DNA of 64,000 nucleotides from positions 1 to 64,000 of the IMG/VR virus record IMGVR_UViG_3300001242_000018; one strand, written 5' to 3'. This document shows positions 20,387 to 28,600 of this stretch, piece by piece. Both the position numbers and the translations under genes were made by a program. Within the stretch, counting starts at the first letter, position 1, and the number at the start of each line of letters is the position of its first letter. The stretch comes from an uncultured virus (IMG/VR IMGVR_UViG_3300001242_000018). Lineage: Duplodnaviria; Heunggongvirae; Uroviricota; Caudoviricetes. Below the pieces are notes generated by a model. The model did no database searches, had not been told where the DNA came from, and worked only from the letters and a program-made list of their open reading frames with translations.

Positions 20387-21181
20387 ATGGCAGATCATGC
20401 TGGGTACGGTATATTAGCTGGCGGTTCAGTAGCTTCGCTAAGTGCCTTTAGCGGTGCTGATTTACAAGTTAGCTTTGGTAAACGTATTATTGGCGAACTG
20501 CAGCAAATATCCTGGGCTGTACAACGTGAAAAATCCCCTGTATTTACTCTTGGCAGTGCAGACGCCAGAGCTGTTTCTCGTAATAAACGTGGTATCGGTG
20601 GTTCGGTAGTTCTTGCCGTATTCGACCGTGACGCTCTTATGGAAGAGATTAAGATGCAGTGGAAGGATATTGCTCCTGAACGCATGTTTACAGCCGGTGG
20701 CAATATGCTCTATATCGAACCAAACGCAAATCAATGGGGAGATAATACCCCAACGGCTATGCGTGGTCGTAGTTTTGAAGATTATCTTGACATGGCTGGG
20801 TGGAATAATTCTGGCAATGCTCTTGCAAACGTAGAGGGAGCCGCTGGTGCAGATCAATGGTCTGATGGTAGTGCTGTTGCCTCTGGTAAAGAGCTATATT
20901 TACCACCAGGCTTTGAATTAATGCATATTGAAAACGTAGTTTACATCGATCAGTTACCACCGATTGATGTAACTCTTACTTTCGCCAATGAGTATGGTAA
21001 TGCAGCGTTCCAAAAGATATATGACATGGATTTCCTTAACGAAGGTTCTGGAGTTTCTGTTGATACTATAATCATGGAACGCAGGATCACCTGGCTTGCA
21101 AGAAAGCTTTCTCCGATTATGCAAGGCGTATTCCAGGGTGATGCTAAATACGGCAATAGGGATTACACCAAAACTGCATAA
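20387..21181 (+). CDS. Tail tube protein (main)
   Basis: FSGADL..FG...IGELQQISWAVQREKSPVFTLGS...SRNKRGIGGS...LPPIDVTLTFANEYG. Directly after the sheath, with a strong SD. Confidence 0.78.
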   Translation: MADHAGYGILAGGSVASLSAFSGADLQVSFGKRIIGELQQISWAVQREKSPVFTLGSADARAVSRNKRGIGGSVVLAVFDRDALMEEIKMQWKDIAPERMFTAGGNMLYIEPNANQWGDNTPTAMRGRSFEDYLDMAGWNNSGNALANVEGAAGADQWSDGSAVASGKELYLPPGFELMHIENVVYIDQLPPIDVTLTFANEYGNAAFQKIYDMDFLNEGSGVSVDTIIMERRITWLARKLSPIMQGVFQGDAKYGNRDYTKTA

Positions 21182-21195
21182 AGTATAAATATACC

Positions 21196-21227
21196 TAACA
21201 AAGGGGCCTTTTACGGCCCCTTTGTTA
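21196..21227 (+). terminator. Probable (leaky) rho-independent terminator after the tube gene
   Basis: TAACAAAGGGGCC-ttttac-GGCCCCTTTGTTA: a GC-rich stem with an imperfect U-tract. Confidence 0.7.
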
Positions 21228-21231
21228 TAAA

Positions 21232-22635
21232 GTGGGTGATCTAGTGGAATTAGAATCACTACCCGGCTATGGTACATTCTCAGGGACAGACATGGTTATA
21301 TCCATGGTATTTCCAGGTTGTAAGCCAATTACTCTTGGTCAAGCTACAACAGTTAGCTACTCCGTACTTCGCGATAAAAATGAAGTAAGAACCATAGGTC
21401 GAATTACTGCTAAAGGATTTACTAAAGGTGGGCGTAGAGTTGCCGGACAAATAATATTTACAGTATTCAATAGACATATTATTGAAGATATAAAAGAGCA
21501 GATTGATTATCTTAAAGATATTCCAAGAATACTTATGGACGAATTACCACCTTTCGATCTTATTATAACTTTGGCAAACGAATACGGGAGCTCGGCTTTT
21601 CTTGTTATCTATGGTATCACTACACTACATGAAGGTAAAGTATTCTCAGTTGAAGATATGATGACAGAGAATACATTTCAATATCTAGCTAGAGATATCA
21701 AACCATTAGGAGCTGGTTTTGGTGGTGTTAATTTCGTAGCTAGGACAGAATTCAGAGCAATGGATGAAATGCTGGCTAAGTTTAAAGTAGAAAATCTAGC
21801 TCCCGAGATTGCGGCTGCAGAATGGGAAAGGAAAGCGGCTGAGATGCAAGCAATCATTGATGCACAAATATCTCAGATTCCTCCTGCATCTAGTTCTACA
21901 ACAACAGTTTCGCCAGTACAATCACAGACTTCAGAGAGTTCTGGATATAAGATAGGTAGTGTAAAGCTTAAAGTGTTTGTTAGAGACGAAGATAGTCATC
22001 CTCTAAATCTAGCCAAAGTTCGGATATGGGTAGCGAAGAAAAACAGAGCTTTTCCTTCAGAACCTAATTTCTATACATGTGGTGATGATCATATGGTCGA
22101 ATTTGACCTCGAGGATATGCCTATATACGATACTCCTGGTGGGAATCATGCCGACGATCTAGTTAGGATTAGAGCAGTATGTGATGGATATTCTGATGAT
22201 GTTCAGACAATTTATCTTTCAGACGAATTAGAAAATGGCGTAGCTGATAAAACTATGGTTTTGAAGTATTCTACAGGTTCTTTTACAATGATCCGAATAC
22301 GGCCCGAACAAGCTGTAATCGAAGAAGATATGAATTACAGAGAGATCTTTGCTGCCAGGCTCTTTTCTAATGGATACAAATTAAGTGATGAGCCTGTTAC
22401 ATGGATGTGGTGGGTTGATTGTATTGAGAATACAATCAACCCAAATTCAATTAAAGAACTACATCAAAAAGGAGATACTACCGGTAGTGACGGAGTTACT
22501 ACATTCGATGCTATAAATGAGATTAAGAAACTATATCCTCAATTTGATCTTGTAAACGGAGTGCAAATAAGACTCTCGTGTGTAGCTAATCGTGGAGGAA
22601 CAATTCCTTGTGCATGGATAATTAAGAGTAGGTGA
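21232..22635 (+). CDS. Tube-like protein paralogue 2 with C-terminal extension
   Basis: FSGTDM...GFTKGGRRVAGQIIFTVF...DELPPFDLIITLANEYG mirrors the tube gene. Start may be GTG 21244. Ends TGA TGA. Confidence 0.7.
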   Translation: MGDLVELESLPGYGTFSGTDMVISMVFPGCKPITLGQATTVSYSVLRDKNEVRTIGRITAKGFTKGGRRVAGQIIFTVFNRHIIEDIKEQIDYLKDIPRILMDELPPFDLIITLANEYGSSAFLVIYGITTLHEGKVFSVEDMMTENTFQYLARDIKPLGAGFGGVNFVARTEFRAMDEMLAKFKVENLAPEIAAAEWERKAAEMQAIIDAQISQIPPASSSTTTVSPVQSQTSESSGYKIGSVKLKVFVRDEDSHPLNLAKVRIWVAKKNRAFPSEPNFYTCGDDHMVEFDLEDMPIYDTPGGNHADDLVRIRAVCDGYSDDVQTIYLSDELENGVADKTMVLKYSTGSFTMIRIRPEQAVIEEDMNYREIFAARLFSNGYKLSDEPVTWMWWVDCIENTINPNSIKELHQKGDTTGSDGVTTFDAINEIKKLYPQFDLVNGVQIRLSCVANRGGTIPCAWIIKSR

Positions 22636-22639
22636 TGAT

Positions 22640-24346
22640 ATGGCTGAAGATAAGGTGCCTATAAAGAGTAAATCTGAAATTATAGCTCCTCGTGGGGTAA
22701 CTTACATTGGAGATGAATCTTATGAATATCAATTGTTTCCGGAAGAATACTTCTCCGGTGCCGATCTATCTATCTACTTTGGAGATGTATGGATAGATGA
22801 ACTTATAAGTTTACAGTTTACGTTATTAGAACAGGTTCGTCCTGTTTATGGTTATGCTAGTCGTACGTGGGATTGGATAGCTAGAGGTAATCGTATAGTA
22901 GCAGGTCAGTTTAAGATTGCCTTTAAAGAGGCTGGATATCTTACTACCATATTAAGTCACCTAGGAATGCTTGAAGATGGCGATAACCCAATTGCCCCTA
23001 AACTTGCTTACTACATGCATGGCGATCAGGATGCTCCTCAGTGGTACGGTTCGTGTCAAGAACGTATTGAAGATCTACTTGATAGATATCATAACGGTGA
23101 TAATTCAAATACTTCTGACGAGACAGATCCTGCCATAGTTCCAGCAGGTATTAAGATTCTAAATACGGACAGACCTAGTACCAGTCTTAAATACGGAGAT
23201 ACAGATGGTACTACAGGAGGATGGGTAAGTAAAGCTCAAACGGCTATCAAAAATAGGTACACTTTTACTGCACTATCGGCAATGAGCGTTTCCGGGTGGC
23301 CTACTTTAAGGGTAGGGTCTACTGGGAATTATGTAAGACAATTGCAACAACGTCTAAAAGATTACTGGTGCGACCCGGGGATAATTGATGGCAATTTCGG
23401 TCAGAAGACAAGAGAGGCTGTAATTAGTTTTCAAACTAGGGCTAAATTATCACCTGATGGGATCGTAGGAGATAATACGAAGGATATATTATCAAGAGCT
23501 TTTACTATCGATGGCGATTTCGGCTCTGTTACAAGACTCGCTGTGTATATGATACAGGCTCAAGAAAAGATACAAATAGATGGAATTATAGGCCCCCAAA
23601 CTGCAGCTAAATTATGGCCAGGTGTTAGTGAATCACAGCCTGTTGGTAGCATTGCTATTTGTCCTCCGGAAATTCAGATTGAAAATGGTAAAGCTTATGC
23701 GGCTACAAGAACCCTTACTAATAAGATGGGTATTCCCGATTCTCAGATATCTTACGATTCGAGTACTCAGAATGTAACCATATCGGGGAAGGTATTTAAA
23801 GCATGGAAGATTATAAATGACCGTGCCTGGTTATGGACAAGGCAAGTTGGAGAAGCCTTTGGATGGACAGTATCTTTTAATAATGCCACTGGTTGTGTGG
23901 AGATGGCTAAAGGTACATCTGAGGAGGAAGGTACCGGTAGTGGAAGTGATTCTGGTAGTTCTGATGGTAATAGCGCTCTTGCATCCGAACCTAGAATGAC
24001 TCAATTTGAGCAGGAGATATGGGGTCGGAGATTTAGTCCAAATGCAGAGGAATATAACAAACGCGAATCGTATTTCTATAGAGGAAAGTATCCAAGTAAA
24101 TTGCGCCAGACCGGGTTTGACATATACAGTGTATATGGCCCGCTTGCTCAATATGCAATTAATAAGAAAGAGCAGTATACGGATAATAACGAATATGGAG
24201 ATTCTCAACTTGGATTTATGGCTAATTTTAATACTACTGTAAAGGCTGTTAGAAATATTCAGATTAAATCATGTGGTCAAGTATTAGATGCTAGTGGTAC
24301 TCCTATTGAAGAAGTGTATACTTTCATAGCACAAGATCTTGATTAA
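22640..24346 (+). CDS. Tube-like protein paralogue 3 with inserted peptidoglycan-binding domains
   Basis: FSGADL...RGNRIVAG N-terminus and EEVYTFIAQDLD C-terminus. Internal PG_binding_1 repeats (TLRVGSTGNYVRQLQQRL...DGNFGQKTREAVISFQ...DGIVG). Also a segment resembling the copper-amine-oxidase N-terminal domain. Confidence 0.72.
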   Translation: MAEDKVPIKSKSEIIAPRGVTYIGDESYEYQLFPEEYFSGADLSIYFGDVWIDELISLQFTLLEQVRPVYGYASRTWDWIARGNRIVAGQFKIAFKEAGYLTTILSHLGMLEDGDNPIAPKLAYYMHGDQDAPQWYGSCQERIEDLLDRYHNGDNSNTSDETDPAIVPAGIKILNTDRPSTSLKYGDTDGTTGGWVSKAQTAIKNRYTFTALSAMSVSGWPTLRVGSTGNYVRQLQQRLKDYWCDPGIIDGNFGQKTREAVISFQTRAKLSPDGIVGDNTKDILSRAFTIDGDFGSVTRLAVYMIQAQEKIQIDGIIGPQTAAKLWPGVSESQPVGSIAICPPEIQIENGKAYAATRTLTNKMGIPDSQISYDSSTQNVTISGKVFKAWKIINDRAWLWTRQVGEAFGWTVSFNNATGCVEMAKGTSEEEGTGSGSDSGSSDGNSALASEPRMTQFEQEIWGRRFSPNAEEYNKRESYFYRGKYPSKLRQTGFDIYSVYGPLAQYAINKKEQYTDNNEYGDSQLGFMANFNTTVKAVRNIQIKSCGQVLDASGTPIEEVYTFIAQDLD

Positions 24347-24371
24347 CTAACTAGCATATAGGAGGGGTAAT

Positions 24372-24878
24372 ATGTTTTCTAACCAGGAGAATGTCGATAA
24401 GCTTAGTAATATCCTCAATAGATATCAAAGACAAGAGTCAGAACACGAGACTGGAGAAAATGTAGATACAAAGATATTACAGCCAAATGATAATTACGAA
24501 GAAGAGGGAAACTTCCCTAATGGCCTTCCCGATATTGACGATTATCATATCTGGCCAGAAGGCCCACTAAAATCTCAGATAGAAGCATGGATTAATATAT
24601 TTAAAACAGCCGGACTTGATGTTGGGTTATCTGAGTTTCCTAGTGGTGAAAGGTTTATCTGGCGAAGTATTAGTCGTACAGAGTACAAGGCCATCACGAG
24701 CGCACCGAATACTACAGGCTTAATTCGTGAAGAAATGATTACCGAATTATGTACCTTATGGCCAGAGGTGTACGATTACGAAGTACAGGCAAGTGCTAAA
24801 GGTGGTATACCAGGAGCCTTGGCTAAAACTATTATGCAATCCTCGGGTTTTGTAGAGCCGAAGACTACGCTCCTATAA
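24372..24878 (+). CDS. Tail assembly chaperone 1
   Basis: FIWRSISRTEYK...ELCTLWP...GIPGALAKTIMQSSGF. Paralogous to the next gene. Lies before the tape-measure position. Confidence 0.65.
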   Translation: MFSNQENVDKLSNILNRYQRQESEHETGENVDTKILQPNDNYEEEGNFPNGLPDIDDYHIWPEGPLKSQIEAWINIFKTAGLDVGLSEFPSGERFIWRSISRTEYKAITSAPNTTGLIREEMITELCTLWPEVYDYEVQASAKGGIPGALAKTIMQSSGFVEPKTTLL

Positions 24879-24889
24879 GGGGGCTTAAT

Positions 24890-25618
24890 ATGCAAAGGAT
24901 TATTGCGGAACTTAAGAAGATACACAACCCATTATTCTGTACGCAGATCGGTAATGAATATTACATCTGGAGACTTCTAACAAGAAAAGAAAATAAGTTT
25001 ATAGCTGGATTAGGGTTATCCGAAATGGATATGGAAGATGTAGTCTGTTCTACTTGCGTACTTTACCCGGTAGTAAATTGGAGTGTGTATAAAGCTGGTG
25101 TGGCTAAAGCACTCTTTCCTTTAATATACGATGAGTCTGGATATAGAGATCCTAATCAAAGTCGGTACCTTTATGAATTCTATCGACAAGAGATAGAAGA
25201 TAATAAAGTACATCAAGCCGAACTTATGATAAGTACAGCTTTCCCAGAGATTAGTATAGAAGAAATGAGCGACTGGGATGCCGCAAAGCTATGGAAAAAG
25301 GTAGCTGAAGCTGAGTATAAACTAAATCTTATCAATAAGGTATACTCTATACCCGGGTATAGTCTTAGCGTTACATTTAATGACGAAGAGAAATCATCTA
25401 AGAAAGAAATGACTGAGAAAATGAGAGCAGCGGGTATAGATCCGATGCTAACGATAGATAAATCACGTTGGGATAAGAACTATTTAAAATTCCCATTCAT
25501 TGTTGGTCAAAGGGATTTTATAAACGGTATAGAGTGGGAAAATCCTACGGAAAATGAGGAGTTATTCAATGCCGTCCAACGACAACTTTTGGAAAGAAAG
25601 TATAGACGGAAATCCTGA
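24890..25618 (+). CDS. Tail assembly chaperone 2
   Basis: YIWRLLTRKE...TCVLYP...AGVAKALFPLIYDESGY, paralogous to the previous gene. Confidence 0.6.
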   Translation: MQRIIAELKKIHNPLFCTQIGNEYYIWRLLTRKENKFIAGLGLSEMDMEDVVCSTCVLYPVVNWSVYKAGVAKALFPLIYDESGYRDPNQSRYLYEFYRQEIEDNKVHQAELMISTAFPEISIEEMSDWDAAKLWKKVAEAEYKLNLINKVYSIPGYSLSVTFNDEEKSSKKEMTEKMRAAGIDPMLTIDKSRWDKNYLKFPFIVGQRDFINGIEWENPTENEELFNAVQRQLLERKYRRKS

Positions 25619-28600
25619 ACATCATAAATACCTAAACCCAGATCATTACTACGAGAATAAAGGTTCGCCATTGCGAACCTTTTTGACTACTACGGGTATA
25701 GGTACTGCTTTATTCCTTGGAGGTAGACATGCTTTTAGAAGAGGTGCTTTTAACGATATCTCTAAAAGCTTTATTAAAGCTATGGGAAGGTTTAGGCCTA
25801 CCGAAGCTGATGCTATACTATCTTCTGTTAAAGAGTGGGCTAAAGGGCCATTACCATGGGATCAATATAGTACTCTTAAAGATAAACTCCTTGGTAGTCA
25901 CGGTATACTCGGGGCCGGCTGGGAAGAAAGTATGACAGAGTTATCCAATAAGATTGCTGCTAAAAGAGCTAATTTAATGCAAAGAGGCGTTACTGGTGGT
26001 AAGCTTATTACAGACGATCTTGATATAGAACGGCGGCTCAGAGAAACTGAACGAGTAATGGAGCATGCTCGCACGGTCGATACTAGAAGACAACGTATTG
26101 TTCAGGATAAAACTAAACAGTTTCTTTCTAGTTATAACGAGTACACACAAGAGATGCGTGAAACAGATCTTAGAAAGTACGGTATGCGTCGGGCTACCGT
26201 AGGCGATCTTTGGAATCACCAAAATAGTAAAGGTGCTTTATTCAATAGAAACCGATTAAATAGTCGTGACATAATCTCTAAGTACAGAGTAGAACTGGGT
26301 GAACAAAATCTATTTAATAAAATGGCAGACCCTTGGGTTTTTATCGACGAGGCAAGTAAATTACACGATTTGCGTTATTGGCCTAAGGTAGGAAAGTCGG
26401 TACTCAATTCTATGGAAACTGATTTCGGGTTACCGTTTGTAAACTTTAATCCGCTGGCAATGTTTCACGTTGGAGATATGTTAAATGTTAGAGATAGACC
26501 AATGATTCATCTTATGAGTCCGGATGAAATACAACCTGTATTATCCGGTAGAGAATCTACAAAGAAACTTTATCTAATGCTTGATGATATGCTTCATGAT
26601 GTAGAAGATGCAAGTAAAGCACCCATCAAAGGTTATTTAATAAATGCGAAGGTCGGCCCTGGGCGGACATTCTTACAAGGAATTAGCGGTGCCGGATTAC
26701 CAAAACCTGAAGATTACCAATATCCTACTAGTGGATGGCGTAAACATTGGGCCTGGTTCACTAGGAAACTTGATATAGGTCACCAGCAAAAAGATGATTA
26801 TAATCGAGAATTTGATATAACGAATGCTCTAACAGATATTATAGCAAAGCCAGCTGATATGTTTTGGAAGCACATGCTTCCGTACGAGAATCGTGGTCTT
26901 TTCTCCGGTAGACCTTTCGGTTCCACCTGGGGTAGAGCCGGACAAGAAGAAAGTGAAACAAACTGGCTTTTTATGCGTAGCATTCGCTATGAAAATCCTA
27001 TAGATATTACAAAGCAATTCTTCGCTCATAGAGATCGTCCAGAAGATACAACTACACTGTCAGTGCCGTTTTATTATTTCTTTTCTAGGTTAGATGCAGC
27101 CTTGGCTACATTTCGTTTAGGTTTATCTGCCGAGCATAGGAAAAGTGGGGCTGATATATTTCTTAACATGGTATTGCGTAGAGCTGTACCTGTATGGGCC
27201 GGACTTGAAGCTTGGGATTATATGAATTATGAAACTGAGAATCTTACAGGGATTCGCCCGGATGATATGATAGCTGAAGGTTATTCAGAGGTAAGTACGG
27301 GTATAGCCAAAGTTAAAGATGTACTTGGTATAACAGACATGGCTAAACAAGTTAAGAACCTTTTACCCGGTGGCGAGCAGATTGCAGAATTTCCATTGAT
27401 AGGTAGATTCTTCGATCTTGACGATACCGAGGAAGAAACCGAGGAGTTCTGGGAAAAAGGAGAAGTTCCGATAAGAAAAGGTCGTTGGTGGTTTATGGGA
27501 AATACGCCACTAACCGGCAGCCGGACGATGTATTACTCACCAAATTGGGTAAGACGTACTAAATCTCATTATGAATATACTGATACTCAGTACGGGAGTG
27601 AGGGTGAATACTTTGCTAACGCACCTTATCCTACTCCTCGATACCCATTAGCTCCTTTACGTCATTTCGTAACTGAACCATATCACTTTGAAGAAAAACA
27701 TTATAAAGATAGACCATACCTATTAACCGGTGGAACACCTGAACTTGAGGAGTTTCCATTGATAGGCCCACTACTTAATGCAACTATTGGCCAACTATTA
27801 AAACCACAAAGACCAATGCATCCCGAAGTATGGCGGAAGATAGAGGGCGAGGATGATACCACAGTAGCTACTGAGCCAAAGAGTTACGAAACCCCTAATG
27901 ATGAATATTACAACCAACAATGGGGCTATAAGAAAATCGGGGCCGGGCCTGCCATTGGTACTGTAATGAAAGATTCTCATAAAGAAAGTATTGTAGCTGT
28001 TATTGATAGTGGTGTGGATAAAGATCATCCAGATCTTAAGGGTAAGATACTACCTGGAAAAAGCTTTGCTAAGAGGTATAAAGACTTTCAACATACCGAG
28101 GTTAGTTACGCTCCGTGGGATGAAGATACGATCGGACATGGTACCCACGTTACAGGTACTATAGCGGCTATTGGCGATAATAAAGAGGGTGTGGCCGGTG
28201 TAGCTTGGCCCTCGGTTAAGATATTGCCTATTAAGGTATTTGATAGTGGAGGAGCTCCTACTGAAGATGTTGTTAAAGGAATTGATTATGCGATAAAGTG
28301 GAGAGGAGCTAATGGTCAGAAGGTAGATGTCATTAACATGAGCCTTGGTAGCCCTAACATTAACCCAGGTTATAGTGATGCAATTAAACGAGCGTACAAC
28401 TCTGGTATCGTAGTAGTTGCGGCCTCTGGTAATGAGTATCAGACCGAACATGTAGGAAGTCCTGCTATATATCCGGAAGCTATCGCGGTAGGCGCCGTTG
28501 GGCCTAATATGAAAAAAGCAGATTTCTCTAATAGCGGTGCAGGTCTTGATGTGGTGGCGCCCGGTGTCGATATTGCAAGTACGCTACCAGAAGATTCTCA

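Noticed and set aside
21184..21191. TATAAATA as a T4-like late promoter (also 60813)
   Set aside because: The motif also occurs inside coding sequence and is expected by chance in AT-rich DNA. It is not found before the capsid genes.
24840..24900. Programmed frameshift between the tail chaperones
   Set aside because: No slippery heptamer was seen, and the second gene has its own SD and ATG.
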